Below are positions 31,676 to 43,113 of a stretch of 64,000 nt of DNA, piece after piece. Source of the stretch: an uncultured Arcobacter sp. (GTDB lineage: Bacteria; Campylobacterota; Campylobacteria; Campylobacterales; Arcobacteraceae); assembly GCA_965140705.1 (NCBI GenBank), contig OZ223300.1:1376001-1440000 (forward strand), written 5' to 3'. The notes beneath the pieces were generated by a model that worked only from the letters and a program-made list of their open reading frames with translations, made no database searches and was not told where the DNA came from. How positions within the stretch are numbered: the stretch's first letter is position 1; the number at the start of each line of letters is the position of its first letter. A program made the translations under genes and the position numbers.

Positions 31676-31874
31676 ACTTTTTGATGGCAAAAAGTAAAAC
31701 AAAAAGCCACCAACGGCTGCGAAGCCAAAGGTTCCCTCACTTATTATTTTTATCTTTTCTGATTGGTAAAACTCGTTTATTAAAACTTGCGTTTAGTAAC
31801 TTTTAAACACTCAGACAGTTACCAATCTTATTTAGAAAAGAGAAAAATAAACGCTCGGCTTCTGTAGAGGTTGG
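31676..31874. repeat. About 200-bp nested inverted-repeat element (MITE-like or structured RNA)
   Basis: ACTTTTTG/CAAAAAGT hairpin; nested pairs CCAAC/GTTGG, GAAGCC/GGCTTC, TTATTTTT/AAAAATAA, TCTTTTCT/AGAAAAGA, GATTGGTAA/TTACCAATC. Confidence 0.65.
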
Positions 31875-31965
31875 GAGGAGGGGATAAGGTTGTTTTCTTT
31901 TGATAAAATTCTTTAAAAGTGAAATAAAGTTATAATTGTTTCTAATTTTTAATAAGGCTATTTTG

Positions 31966-34221
31966 ATGATAAATAATGAAAAAAAGTTTTGGGATATATT
32001 AACAAATCTTTTCGTAGGTGCAGAGGTAAAAGGAAGATCAGGCTTTATAAACTTGATGAAAGAGAAACAAACATATTTTAAAAAAGTTCAAAAAGAGTTA
32101 TTAAATGAAATAAATGGTGTTTGTAAAACAAATCAAGATTTTAAAGATGAGCTATATGATAAGCTATATAGTTTTTTCCATAGATATTTTAGTGAGTCGG
32201 GTTCTATTTACTATAATTATACGCCTCTTTTTTATAATATATATACAAAAGCTTATGAAGAGCAAAATATAAGTGAAATTAAAACTTTTACAACTGACTA
32301 TGAACAAGTCATATCAGATAGACAAGATACTTCACTTTTTTATAAAACTCAAATGCTTTATTATGTGAAATCAGACAAAATATTTAAAGACCTTGAAATT
32401 GAGATAGAGGGTAAAAAGTTTGCTTTTGATGTTTCAAATATGGAAGGTAAAAAAGCAAATGAAAAAAAAGAATTGGTTTATACCTTAGAATCAATAGAAA
32501 ATAAAAGAGTTAATTTATCAGTTGCTTATAGTGTACAAGGTAAAAAAACAAAATCAAACGATATTTTAAAGGAGACAAAAAAAGAGAGTCTTGCTATAAA
32601 AGAGGATGATTTAAAAAAGGCTTTTAGAGTTTTTGAAAAGCAGTCAAATATAGATTATTTTATAAATAAAGATGCAAATAAATTTTTGACTGAGCAACTT
32701 GATATGTGGATATATCAGTATATGTTTTCACAAGAAATAGACCTTGATTTAGATAGGTTTAATCAAATACAAGATTTTAAAAAAGTATCTTTAAAACTTA
32801 TCAACTTTATTTCTCAGTTTGAAAATGAACTTGTAAAGATTTGGAATAAGCCAAGATTTGTATTAAATAGTAATATTGTAGTTTCTATGGATTTACTTGT
32901 ATCAAAAGGGTTTGATACAAATAAACTAAGAAAGCATAAAAATTACAAAGAACAAAAAAATGAATGGGAAGAGTTAGAATTATCAATCGGTGATGGGCTT
33001 ATTGAAAATGAATATTTACCAATTGACACTAAATATTTTCCAGAATTTAGAGAAGAAATTGAAGAGCTTTTTGATGAAGATGAGATAAATGGACTTTTAA
33101 TAAAGAGTGAAAATTATCAAGCACTTAATACAATACTTCCAAGGTTTAAAAATAGTGTTGATTTAATTTATATTGATCCTCCTTTTAATACTGGGGATGA
33201 TTTTGATTATTTAGATAAGTATCAAGATAGTACATGGCTTAGTCTTATGGAGAACAGACTTGAAATAGCAAAAATTCTATTGACTAAAAAAGGTAGTTTT
33301 TATTTACATTTGGATGATAAAGCAGGATATTTAGGAAGAACTTTAATGAATAAAGTTTTTAATGAGTCTTCTTATGTCAATGAGATAGTTTGGTGTTATA
33401 GTGGAGGAGGAATACCTAAGGATAGGATGCCAAAAAAACATGATTTGATTTATTGGTATGCTAAAAATAGTGAATCTAAATATTATTTCCCTCAGTATAG
33501 GGAATATTCAGAAGGAACCAAAGAAAGAGGTCGTACGGCAGTTAAAGGAGAAAACTCAGAATTAAGAGAAGAAGGTACTCCTGTGAATGATTGGTGGGAT
33601 GATATTAAGAAAATAACAAGTCCTACTGATTATGAAAAAGAAAACTTTCAAACACAAAAAGCAGAAGAGTTAATAGAGAGAATAATAAGGATTTCAAGTA
33701 TAGATAATTCTATTATTTTAGATTATCATGTAGGAAGTGGATCAACTGTTGCAACAGCTCAAAAATTAAATAGAAAATATATTGGTATTGAAATGGGAGA
33801 ACATTTTTATACCGTGGTACTACCAAGAATGAAAAAAGTTATTGGTGGTTTTGTATGTGGAATAAGTAAAAATATTGAATATAAAGGAAGTGGTATTTTT
33901 AAATACTATGAATTAGAACAATATGAACAAATACTAAGAAGTACTAAATATAGTGATACTCCACTTGACTTTATAGAAAGTAAAAAAGCTGATGAAATAA
34001 AAGATTGTTTTTTATTTGATGAAAAACTTACAAAAGCTATAGAGTCTGATGGTAAAGATTTTAAAGTTGACTTATCAAAATTATATGACAATATTGATTT
34101 AAAAGAGACTATTCACAACTTAACAGGTAAAAGACCTAAAGAGATAAAAGACAATAAAGTTATCTTTGAAAATAAAGAAGTTGAATTACTTGAAATATTA
34201 AAACCTCTATTGGTGTGGTAG
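31966..34221 (+). CDS. mod: Type III R-M methyltransferase (Mod)
   Basis: SENYQAL, DLIYIDPPFNTG, TQK.E.LI.RII, LDYHVGSGST, YIGIEMG; start ATG 31966 or TTG 31963. Confidence 0.9.
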   Translation: MINNEKKFWDILTNLFVGAEVKGRSGFINLMKEKQTYFKKVQKELLNEINGVCKTNQDFKDELYDKLYSFFHRYFSESGSIYYNYTPLFYNIYTKAYEEQNISEIKTFTTDYEQVISDRQDTSLFYKTQMLYYVKSDKIFKDLEIEIEGKKFAFDVSNMEGKKANEKKELVYTLESIENKRVNLSVAYSVQGKKTKSNDILKETKKESLAIKEDDLKKAFRVFEKQSNIDYFINKDANKFLTEQLDMWIYQYMFSQEIDLDLDRFNQIQDFKKVSLKLINFISQFENELVKIWNKPRFVLNSNIVVSMDLLVSKGFDTNKLRKHKNYKEQKNEWEELELSIGDGLIENEYLPIDTKYFPEFREEIEELFDEDEINGLLIKSENYQALNTILPRFKNSVDLIYIDPPFNTGDDFDYLDKYQDSTWLSLMENRLEIAKILLTKKGSFYLHLDDKAGYLGRTLMNKVFNESSYVNEIVWCYSGGGIPKDRMPKKHDLIYWYAKNSESKYYFPQYREYSEGTKERGRTAVKGENSELREEGTPVNDWWDDIKKITSPTDYEKENFQTQKAEELIERIIRISSIDNSIILDYHVGSGSTVATAQKLNRKYIGIEMGEHFYTVVLPRMKKVIGGFVCGISKNIEYKGSGIFKYYELEQYEQILRSTKYSDTPLDFIESKKADEIKDCFLFDEKLTKAIESDGKDFKVDLSKLYDNIDLKETIHNLTGKRPKEIKDNKVIFENKEVELLEILKPLLVW

Positions 34222-34222
34222 T

Positions 34223-37042
34223 ATGGCAAAACAAAAAAAACTAATAGATGAACATAACTATAAAATAGTTTTACAACAACTAGTTGAAAATGAATATAGA
34301 GATATTGAATTAAACGAGTTTGATTTTGAAAGTTTTTCAGATGACAAAGAGATGTTTTCATATCAACAAGAAGCTTTGCAAAATGCTTTTAAAGTATTAA
34401 CAAAGTTTTATGATGAATATAATGCAGATAAAGAAGATTTTTATAATAAAGAGTATCGAAAATATCCCCATGTAAATTTAGACTATGCAAAACCTAGTGA
34501 GCTTATACAAGAATATTTTCCTTTAACTGGTAAAAGAGTTGAATTCTCACATCTTATAAATCGTATGAGTTTTTGGATGACTATGGGAAGTGGTAAGACA
34601 ATTGTTATCATAAAACTTGTAGAGTTGTTGGATAAAGCTATGAGTTTAGGTCTAATACCAAAAAAGAATATTTTATTTTTTACTGCAAATGAAGGTTTAC
34701 TTGATAGATTTCAAAAAGAGGTTGAAGAGTATAATCTATTAAAAGATAAAACTATAGATATTATTAGTTTAAAAGAGTATGAAAATAGACAAAGACAAGG
34801 TACAATATTTGATTCTCAGCTGATAAAACTTTTTTGTTACAGAGCTGATTTAATGGCGGAAGAGAGAAAAGAGGTTACACTAAATTATAAAGATTATCTT
34901 GATAGTGGAAATAATTATGTGATTTTAGATGAAGCTCACAAAGGTGATAAACAAGACTCTAAAAGACAAAATATATTTTCTATACTTGCTCAAAATGGAT
35001 TTTTATTTAATTTCTCTGCTACTTTTACAGATGAATCTGATATTGTAACAACGGTATATAATCTAAATCAAGCAGTTTGGGTAAAAAAAGGGTATGGTAA
35101 GAAACTATTTTTATTAGACAATGATTTAAAAGCATTTAAAGAAAAAACAGATTTAAATGAGAGTGAAAAACAAAGAGCTACTTTAAAATCACTTTTGCTT
35201 TTAGCACTTGCAAAAAAATATAAACTTTCAGATGTATATCATGACCCTATGATGGTAGTATTTACAAATTCAGTAAATACAGTAGAAGCAGATGCAGAAC
35301 TATTTTTTAAGACAATTCAATCAATTGCAAAAGATACTCTTGATGATATTTTTATTGAAGCTAAAAAAGAGTTAAAGACAGAATTTAAAGAAACAAAGTA
35401 TTTAGTAACAGATAAAGATGGTGAAGGAGTACTTGAACTTGCGGAACAAGTTAGTAATATTAGTTTTGAAGAGTTAAAAGAATTAGTATTCTATGCAAAG
35501 AAAGGAAATATTGAAGCTATTGTAAATCCAAAAGATAAAACAGAGATAGCTTTTAAACTTGATAGTACAGATAAGCCATTTTGTTTGATAAAAATAGGTG
35601 ATATTTCATCTTGGTTAAAAGAGAAACTTACCGGTATAAAAATAGATGAAACATTTAAAGAAGAGAGTTATTTTAAATCTTTAGATGATAGTAGTATAAA
35701 TATACTTTTAGGTAGTAGAGCCTTTTATGAAGGATGGGATACTACTAGACCTAATATAATGTTATTTTTAAATATTGGTATGAAGGAGGAAGCTAAAAAA
35801 TTTGTAACTCAATCTATAGGTAGAGGGATGAGAATTGAATCTGTTGAAGGAAGTCGTCAAAGAATAGATTTTATTGACACAGATAAAAAAGCTTCAATTC
35901 AAGAAAATGCAAAAGCATTAGAAACACTATTTGTAGTCTCAACTAATAAAGAAGCTATTAATTCAATCGTTTCGTGGCAAGAAGAACAAAATAAAGGTAT
36001 AGATTGGCAAGAAATATCTTTAGAAAAAAATACAATTAATAATAAAGATTTATATATTCCAAAATATATTCCTCATCAAGTCACAGCTGATAAAATTGAA
36101 AATAAAAGTGCTTTTAAATTAAGTGAAAGAAATAGAGATGATTTAAGAATTTATATAAATAGCTTAGGCAAAGAACTTTTTTCTTTAAAACATAAATTTT
36201 TCAATAAAAAAGAGTGTGATTTATTTTATGATTTAGTTAATAAAGATGATAGCTTTTATATAGATAAAAATATTCACTATAAGTCTTTAGATTTTTTGAT
36301 TGAGAAATTGCAAAAGAGATTATATGTATCTCAAAGTAAAGTGGATAAATTTGAGCTATTAAATGATGAGATTGTTCATTTTAGAAAAATAAAAGTTAGA
36401 GAAGATAAAAAAGAAGAGGTTCAAAAAGTTATTTCAGAAGCATTAAAAAAAGAAATATTATCCAATGAAGAATTATTCAAAAAGGCAGAAGAAGAAGGAC
36501 TTGCATTATTAGATATTGTTAAAAAATACCAGCCAGAGGTACTTTTGGAAGATGCAAAATTTAAGAAAATGTTGAATCATTATTTTAATCCTGTTATTTC
36601 AGGTGAGAATTTAGATTGGATAAAAAATATTATATCAGAAGAGAGTGAGATTATCTTTTTAGAAGAGCTTAGTAAGATTTGTAACTATATAGATACACAA
36701 TATGATTGGTGGATGTTTAGTAAGCTGAATGAGCATCATGATAAAGGAGTTTATATACCTTATTGTGATGACGGAATTGAAAAGCCTTTTTATCCTGATT
36801 TTATTTTTTGGTTACAAAAGGATAAAAAACAGACTATATTATTTGTTGATCCTAAGGGGAATAAGTTTACATCATTTATTCCTAAAGTTGAAGGCTTTAA
36901 AAAGCTTTTTAAAGATAAAACATTTAATAAAGATAATTTAGAAATTGAAGTAAAATTATTTCTTATGAGAGTTTCAAATGATACTTCAGGAGATTACGAA
37001 AAGTACTGGGTTTCAAAAGATAATTTAAAGAGTATATTTTAA
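34223..37042 (+). CDS. res: Type III R-M restriction subunit (Res)
   Basis: MTMGSGKT, LDEAH, FSATF, EGWD, QSIGRGMR, C-terminal FYPDF..FVDPKG nuclease. Confidence 0.9.
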   Translation: MAKQKKLIDEHNYKIVLQQLVENEYRDIELNEFDFESFSDDKEMFSYQQEALQNAFKVLTKFYDEYNADKEDFYNKEYRKYPHVNLDYAKPSELIQEYFPLTGKRVEFSHLINRMSFWMTMGSGKTIVIIKLVELLDKAMSLGLIPKKNILFFTANEGLLDRFQKEVEEYNLLKDKTIDIISLKEYENRQRQGTIFDSQLIKLFCYRADLMAEERKEVTLNYKDYLDSGNNYVILDEAHKGDKQDSKRQNIFSILAQNGFLFNFSATFTDESDIVTTVYNLNQAVWVKKGYGKKLFLLDNDLKAFKEKTDLNESEKQRATLKSLLLLALAKKYKLSDVYHDPMMVVFTNSVNTVEADAELFFKTIQSIAKDTLDDIFIEAKKELKTEFKETKYLVTDKDGEGVLELAEQVSNISFEELKELVFYAKKGNIEAIVNPKDKTEIAFKLDSTDKPFCLIKIGDISSWLKEKLTGIKIDETFKEESYFKSLDDSSINILLGSRAFYEGWDTTRPNIMLFLNIGMKEEAKKFVTQSIGRGMRIESVEGSRQRIDFIDTDKKASIQENAKALETLFVVSTNKEAINSIVSWQEEQNKGIDWQEISLEKNTINNKDLYIPKYIPHQVTADKIENKSAFKLSERNRDDLRIYINSLGKELFSLKHKFFNKKECDLFYDLVNKDDSFYIDKNIHYKSLDFLIEKLQKRLYVSQSKVDKFELLNDEIVHFRKIKVREDKKEEVQKVISEALKKEILSNEELFKKAEEEGLALLDIVKKYQPEVLLEDAKFKKMLNHYFNPVISGENLDWIKNIISEESEIIFLEELSKICNYIDTQYDWWMFSKLNEHHDKGVYIPYCDDGIEKPFYPDFIFWLQKDKKQTILFVDPKGNKFTSFIPKVEGFKKLFKDKTFNKDNLEIEVKLFLMRVSNDTSGDYEKYWVSKDNLKSIF

Positions 37043-37051
37043 GGAAATAAA

Positions 37052-37660
37052 ATGCTAACACTAAAAGAGATGGTAATACAGATTCTAAAAGAAGAAAACA
37101 AAGTTCTAATAGTAAAAGATATTGCAAATAAATTAGTGAAAAAATATCCTGAAAAGTTTGAGTCAAAAACCTTGCAAAAAAATGGGGATAAAAAATTAGC
37201 CCTTGACCAGATTAAAGCTGAAATCTAATCTTTGAGTGTGGAAAATGACAGCGTGTTTTTTAGGGATAAAAGCTCAAAGCCTGTTTTGGTTAGTTTGGTT
37301 GAAGAAAGTGAAGAGAAGTTAGAAATAGAATCCCTTTATGAGGACTTTGAGAGTGATGAGGGATTGGTATATATATTAGGTACAAATACTTTTACAAAAG
37401 ATACTAAAAAGTTAGTTAAAATTGGGCTTACTACTTTAAAGGTTGAGGATAGGATAAAGTCACTTTATACTAGTGGTGTACCTTTTGAGTTTAAAGTGCT
37501 TAGAGAATACAAAACATCATCCTATGCAGAGCTTGAAAAAGCTATGCACAAGCTTCTAAATAATTACAGACCAAACCCTGCAAGGGAGTTTTTTACAAAT
37601 GATTGTTTAGACTTTGCCGATGAGATATATGAACTTCATAAGAGAATAGAATTAAATTGA
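37052..37660 (+). pseudogene. HTH-like plus GIY-YIG (T5orf172) gene interrupted by an in-frame stop
   Basis: ATG 37052 after AAGGA gives 58 aa, TAA at 37226-37228, same frame continues into GLVYIL..KIGLT..RIKSL.TSGVPF.F..NPAREFF. Confidence 0.75.
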
Positions 37661-37851
37661 TATATTTAAGGGAAAAATATGGCATCAAAGTATCAGTAAA
37701 TAGGTAATTTATTTAAAAATTTAAATTTTCTTATAAATATATTCTCTAAATCTATATCTAAATATCTAATGACATTTCATTTTGTCATATTTTCAAATCT
37801 ACTCTAAAAATCAAGATAAAATATTTTCATAATTGTTAAAAGATACACATA

Positions 37852-37880
37852 TTGACAAAATGTATCTTATAGGATACAAT
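37852..37880 (+). promoter_or_regulatory. TA promoter overlapped by palindromic operator
   Basis: TTGACA-17-TACAAT overlapping TGTATC-TTATAG-GATACA. Confidence 0.7.
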
Positions 37881-37881
37881 T

Positions 37882-38178
37882 ATGGAATATACGATTAGAG
37901 AAACTGCTATTTTTAATAAGTGGTTATTGAAGCTAAAAGATATAAAAGGAAAAGTTTCTATTATCCGTAGAATTGAGAGGATGAAAAAGGGAAACTTTGG
38001 TGACTATAAAGGTTTAGGAGAAGAAGTATCTGAACTAAGAATAACTGTTGGTGCTGGTTATCGAGTATATTATACGGTAAAAGATGATGAAATAATTATT
38101 CTTTTACATGGTGGAGATAAGTCTAGTCAAAACAAAGATATAGAAAAAGCAAAAGAACTGGCAAAGGAGTTAAAATGA
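37882..38178 (+). CDS. RelE/ParE-family addiction module toxin (HI1419 type)
   Basis: F.KWL..LKD, GNFGD.K..G..VSELRI..G.GYRVYY, LL.GGDKSSQ.KDI. Confidence 0.92.
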   Translation: MEYTIRETAIFNKWLLKLKDIKGKVSIIRRIERMKKGNFGDYKGLGEEVSELRITVGAGYRVYYTVKDDEIIILLHGGDKSSQNKDIEKAKELAKELK

Positions 38179-38450
38179 CTACTAATGAATTTGATTTATC
38201 TAATTACTTAGATTCAAAAGAGATGATAGCAGAGTATTTATCACAAGTTTTAGAAGATGGTGATATGGATGAACTTTTGAGTGCACTTGGATATATTGCA
38301 AAAGCTAAAGGTATGTCGCAAGTTTCAAAAGATACGGGGCTTGGTCGTGAAAGTTTATATAAAACACTTGCAAAAGGTTCAAAACCTAAGTTTGAAACAG
38401 TACTTAAAGTACTAAATTCATTAGGCATAAAACTTCAAGTAGTAGCTTAA
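38175..38450 (+). CDS. Addiction module antidote, HTH (HI1420 type)
   Basis: FD...YLDS.E.IAEYL, GMSQ....GLGRESLYK.L....P.FETV. Confidence 0.92.
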   Translation: MTTNEFDLSNYLDSKEMIAEYLSQVLEDGDMDELLSALGYIAKAKGMSQVSKDTGLGRESLYKTLAKGSKPKFETVLKVLNSLGIKLQVVA

Positions 38451-38559
38451 AGCTAATAGAAATACTCAAGATTAAAATTATTTAAAGTTAAACTAAATTT
38501 GCTATGATTACAAAACAAAATAATAAAAATAAACTATACTTATACAGTAAGGAATTGAC

Positions 38560-39243
38560 ATGCAAGAAGAATTTAATGAATATTTTAACAGACAGATAAA
38601 ACTTTGGGGGCAAGAGACTCAAGACTCGCTTCAAGGGAAAAAGGTAGCTATTATTGGAAGTGGTGGGCTTGGTTGTACACTTGGTATTGCACTTGGAGCT
38701 TCTGGAATAGGTGAGTTTACTTTAATAGATTTTGATACTGTTGGAGTTCATAATATTCATAGACAAATAGGTTTTAAAGTGGGTGACGATGGTAAATATA
38801 AGTGTGAGGTTTTAAAAGAACTTATTGAAGCTAGATGTCCTTATACGAAAGTTACTACTTATAAAGAATCTTTTCAAGAGTTTGAAAAAAGAGGTTTAGA
38901 GTTTGACCTTATCATCGATGCAACTGATAATCTTCCAACAAGAGCCGATATAAACAGATATTGCATAGAAAAGAAACAACCATGGATTTATGGTACAGTT
39001 GAAGAGTTTCATGGTCAGGTTTGTTTTTTTGAAAAAGCTTCATATGAGGCTGTTTTTGTAGTAAATGATAGAAAACCAAATGGTATAGCTTGTCCTATTG
39101 TTATGCATGTGGGGTCTCTTCAAGCAAATCTTGCCATTAGATATTTGGCTGGACTTTCAGTTAAAAAAGATGTTTTATATTATCTTTCATTTGATGATGA
39201 AGGTATAATAAATTACAAAAATTTCAAACTTCCTACTAAATAA
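38560..39243 (+). CDS. ThiF/MoeB family adenylyltransferase
   Basis: RQI.LWG, IIGSGGLG, DFD.V...NIHRQ, DATDN. Confidence 0.9.
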   Translation: MQEEFNEYFNRQIKLWGQETQDSLQGKKVAIIGSGGLGCTLGIALGASGIGEFTLIDFDTVGVHNIHRQIGFKVGDDGKYKCEVLKELIEARCPYTKVTTYKESFQEFEKRGLEFDLIIDATDNLPTRADINRYCIEKKQPWIYGTVEEFHGQVCFFEKASYEAVFVVNDRKPNGIACPIVMHVGSLQANLAIRYLAGLSVKKDVLYYLSFDDEGIINYKNFKLPTK

Positions 39244-39369
39244 AATATAGAGCAAAATTAGCTCTATATTTAAATACAAAAATCTTATAAATAATTTTCA
39301 AATAACCATTATTTAAGCACTTTTTGGATAATATTTCCAAATTTTACTACATATATGGGGAACTTATAA

Positions 39370-42300
39370 ATGCCAAAAAGAGAAGATATTAAATCTATAT
39401 TATTAATCGGTTCTGGTCCTATTATTATTGGACAAGCATGCGAATTTGATTATTCAGGAACACAAGCTACAAAAACATTAAAAGAGTTAGGTTATAGAGT
39501 TGTATTAATCAACTCAAATCCCGCAACTATTATGACAGATCCTGAATTCGCAGATAAAACTTATATCGAACCAATTACAGAAGATATGATTGCGAAAATT
39601 ATAAAAAAAGAGAATATTGATGCAATCTTACCAACTATGGGTGGTCAAACAGCACTTAATGTTGCTACAACTATGTATGATAAAGGTATGTTAGAAGGTG
39701 TTGCTTTTTTAGGTGCTCATCCAGATGCTATAAAAAAAGGTGAAGATAGACATCTTTTCAATGAAGCTATGATAAAAATCGGTATGGATTTACCAAAAAG
39801 TGCAAATGCATATAGTGTTGAAGAAGCTATAAAAGTAGCAAAAGAGATTGGTTTCCCTGTTATCTCTAGAGCATCTTTTACCCTTGCAGGTGGTGGAAGT
39901 GGTGTTGCTTACAATATGGAAGAGTTCAAAAAGCTTGCAGAAGCAGGAATAGAAGCATCTCCAATCAATGAAATTGAGATTATGGAATCAATGCTTGGTT
40001 GGAAAGAGTACGAAATGGAAGTTATCAGAGATAGAAAAGATAACTGTATCATCGTATGTTCTATAGAAAACTTAGACCCAATGGGTGTTCATACAGGAGA
40101 TAGTGTTACTATCGCTCCTGCTCTTACTCTTACAGACAAAGAGTATCAAGATATGAGAAATGCTTCATTTGCTATTTTAAGAGAGATTGGTGTTGATACA
40201 GGTGGTTCAAATGTACAATTCTCTATTTGTCCAAAAACAGGAAGAATGATAGTTATTGAGATGAACCCTAGAGTTTCTCGTTCTTCTGCGCTTGCTTCTA
40301 AGGCTACTGGTTATCCTATTGCAAAAGTTGCAACACTTCTTGCTGTTGGATTTACTCTTGATGAGATTGAAAATGATATTACAGGTACAACTGCATCATT
40401 TGAGCCAGTTATTGATTATGTAGTTACAAAAATCCCTAGATTTACTTTTGAAAAATTCCCAAAAGCAGACTCTACACTTACAACTTCTATGAAATCTGTT
40501 GGTGAAGTTATGGCTATGGGTAGAACATTTAACGAATCAATCCAAAAAGCACTTTGTTCTTTAGAAACAGGTCTTTGTGGTTTTGACCCAATAAAAGCTG
40601 AGATGGAAAAAATCAAAGCTGAAATTAGAAGACCAAATTGTGATAGACTTTTATACTTGATGCAAGGTATGAGAGAAGGACTTACAAATGAAGAGATTTT
40701 TGAATTATCTAAAATAGATCCTTGGTTCTTGACTAAATTTAGACAAATCGTTGATATGGAAAAATCAATGGATGCTTCAATCTTAACTGACGAAGTTAAA
40801 ATGAGAATAATCAAATCAAATGGATTCTCTGACAAGATGATTTCTATGCTTATTGGTAAAACAGAAGAAGAAGTTTATCAAGCAAGAAAAACTCTAAATG
40901 TAGACTTTGAATACAATGAAGTTGATACTTGTGCAGCTGAATTTAAAGCACTTACCCCATATCTTTACTCTACTACAAATGTAACTAAAATTCCTCAAGT
41001 AAATAAAATAACAGATGAGAAAAAAGTTATGATTATAGGTGGTGGACCAAATAGAATTGGACAAGGTATTGAGTTCGATTATTGTTGTGTTCATGCAAGT
41101 TTTGCCCTAAAAGAAATGGGTATTAAAACTATCATGTATAACTGTAACCCTGAAACTGTATCTACTGATTATGATACTTCAGATATATTATACTTCGAGC
41201 CAATTGATTTTGAGCATGTAAGAAGTGTAGTAGAAAAAGAGAATCCGGATGGTGTTATAGTTCACTTTGGTGGACAAACTCCACTTAAACTAGCAAATGC
41301 ACTAACAGCTGCAGGAGCTAAAATCATAGGTACAACTGCTGAAGTTATTGATTTAGCAGAAGATAGAAAAAAATTTTCAAAATTTGTTGAAGATGCAGGA
41401 CTTTTACAACCAGAAAATGGAACAGCAGTAGAAGTTGAAGAAGCTATTGAAATAGCTGAAAGAATTGGTTATCCAGTTCTTGTAAGACCTTCATTTGTAC
41501 TTGGTGGAAGAGGGATGAAAATCGTATATTCTACAACTGAGTTAAGACAATATATGGATGAAGCTGTATCTGTATCAAATGATGCACCAGTACTTATTGA
41601 TAAATTCCTTGATAGAGCGATTGAACTTGATGTTGATTGTATCTGTGATGGAAAAGAGGTATATATTGGTGGAATCATGCAACATATTGAAGAAGCTGGT
41701 GTTCACTCAGGAGATTCGGCGTGTTCTTTACCTCCTGTTTCTATAAGTGATGAGTTAATCAAAGAGTTAGAGACAAAAACAAAAAATATGGCACTAGGTC
41801 TTGGCGTTGTTGGTCTTATGAATACACAATATGCTATTCACAAAGGGCAAATATATCTTATCGAAGTGAATCCAAGAGCTTCAAGAACAGTTCCTTTTGT
41901 AAGTAAAGCAACTGGTATGCCTTTGGCGAAAGTGGCTACTAGAGTTATGTGGGGAGAGAGTTTAAGAAATGCCCTTGATACATATAATACTGAACTTGTA
42001 TGGGAAGATAATGGTGTATTAAAACCAATATTAAGAAACCACGTGGCTATCAAAGAAGCAGTTTTCCCATTCAATAAACTTAGTGGTTCTGATATGATAT
42101 TAACTCCTGAGATGAAATCAACTGGTGAAGTTATGGGTATCTCTGATAGTTTTGGTGAATCATACGCAAAAGCACAAAGTGCTGCAAAAAATGATATTCC
42201 AACAGAGGGGAAAGTATTTATTTCATTATGTGATTTAGATAAAGAATTTGCACCAAAAATCGCTAAAGGACTTATTGATGAAGGTTTTACAGTAGTTGCT

Positions 42301-42609
42301 ACTGGTGGAACACATAAAGCAATTGCAGATGCTGGAATTGAGTGTGAAAAAGTTCTTAAAATCTCTGAGGGTAGACCAAATATTATCGACTCTATTACAA
42401 ATGGTGAAATTGCCCTTGCTATTAACACAAGTGATGGGAAAGAGTCATCAAAAGATGATGGTAAAAATATCAGAAGATCAGTTCTAAAAATGAATGTAAC
42501 ATATGTGACAACAGCAGCAGCAGCCTTTGCTTGTCTTGAAGCTATGAAAGAAATTAGAAAAAAAGATGGATTGTCTCCAAAATCTATTCAAGAATTTCTA
42601 AGCAGATAA
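39370..42609 (+). CDS. carB: Carbamoyl-phosphate synthase large subunit
   Basis: [17 protein letters not shown], duplicated ATP-grasp, PEMKSTGEV. Confidence 0.99.
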   Translation: MPKREDIKSILLIGSGPIIIGQACEFDYSGTQATKTLKELGYRVVLINSNPATIMTDPEFADKTYIEPITEDMIAKIIKKENIDAILPTMGGQTALNVATTMYDKGMLEGVAFLGAHPDAIKKGEDRHLFNEAMIKIGMDLPKSANAYSVEEAIKVAKEIGFPVISRASFTLAGGGSGVAYNMEEFKKLAEAGIEASPINEIEIMESMLGWKEYEMEVIRDRKDNCIIVCSIENLDPMGVHTGDSVTIAPALTLTDKEYQDMRNASFAILREIGVDTGGSNVQFSICPKTGRMIVIEMNPRVSRSSALASKATGYPIAKVATLLAVGFTLDEIENDITGTTASFEPVIDYVVTKIPRFTFEKFPKADSTLTTSMKSVGEVMAMGRTFNESIQKALCSLETGLCGFDPIKAEMEKIKAEIRRPNCDRLLYLMQGMREGLTNEEIFELSKIDPWFLTKFRQIVDMEKSMDASILTDEVKMRIIKSNGFSDKMISMLIGKTEEEVYQARKTLNVDFEYNEVDTCAAEFKALTPYLYSTTNVTKIPQVNKITDEKKVMIIGGGPNRIGQGIEFDYCCVHASFALKEMGIKTIMYNCNPETVSTDYDTSDILYFEPIDFEHVRSVVEKENPDGVIVHFGGQTPLKLANALTAAGAKIIGTTAEVIDLAEDRKKFSKFVEDAGLLQPENGTAVEVEEAIEIAERIGYPVLVRPSFVLGGRGMKIVYSTTELRQYMDEAVSVSNDAPVLIDKFLDRAIELDVDCICDGKEVYIGGIMQHIEEAGVHSGDSACSLPPVSISDELIKELETKTKNMALGLGVVGLMNTQYAIHKGQIYLIEVNPRASRTVPFVSKATGMPLAKVATRVMWGESLRNALDTYNTELVWEDNGVLKPILRNHVAIKEAVFPFNKLSGSDMILTPEMKSTGEVMGISDSFGESYAKAQSAAKNDIPTEGKVFISLCDLDKEFAPKIAKGLIDEGFTVVATGGTHKAIADAGIECEKVLKISEGRPNIIDSITNGEIALAINTSDGKESSKDDGKNIRRSVLKMNVTYVTTAAAAFACLEAMKEIRKKDGLSPKSIQEFLSR

Positions 42610-42610
42610 T

Positions 42611-43054
42611 ATGAACCCAAACTCTGTTTATTTGGTTCAAACAGATACAACTGTTGGCTTTTCATCAAATGATAAAGAAAAGCTAGCAGTTATAAAAAAA
42701 AGACCAAAAACGCAAAAAATACTACGAACAGTAGACTCTTTTAAGACTTTACAAAACTTCACAAGAATCCCAAACAATCACAAAAAAAGAGTAAGAAACT
42801 CTAAAAATAGTACTTTTATATACCCCAACAATGAGTCATTTAGAGTTATAAGTAAAGATTCTACATTTTATGATTTTATAAAAAAATTCAATGTCCTTTA
42901 TTCTTCTTCAGCAAATGAGACTCAAAAGAACTTTGATGAAGAGTATGCAAAGGATGTCTCAGATGTAGTTGTGATACAAAAAAATGGTTTTTTTGAAGAC
43001 ATCCCTTCCAAATTATATAAGATAAATAAATTTAAAGTTAAGAAATTAAGATAA
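42611..43054 (+). CDS. Sua5/YciO/YrdC family protein (Campylobacterota short form)
   Basis: YLVQTDTTVGF.S, K.RP..QK.L, YSSSAN. Confidence 0.82.
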   Translation: MNPNSVYLVQTDTTVGFSSNDKEKLAVIKKRPKTQKILRTVDSFKTLQNFTRIPNNHKKRVRNSKNSTFIYPNNESFRVISKDSTFYDFIKKFNVLYSSSANETQKNFDEEYAKDVSDVVVIQKNGFFEDIPSKLYKINKFKVKKLR

Positions 43055-43113
43055 TCTAAGACTTTATTAAGTCATAAGTCCATAAAATAAATTTTATTCA
43101 TAAAAGGCTACTC

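Noticed and set aside
31481..31702. 73-aa minus-strand ORF as a possible protein antitoxin
   Set aside because: No recognisable motif or RBS; it runs through the antisense promoter and starts inside the hairpin element.
31966..34221. Phase-variable mod gene
   Set aside because: No poly-G/C tract or simple sequence repeat seen; the frame is intact.
40416..42487. Several alternative-frame ORFs inside carB (likewise in rpoA, guaB, ABC-F, avs4, sbcC)
   Set aside because: Antisense or frame shadows of strong genes, with no motifs.
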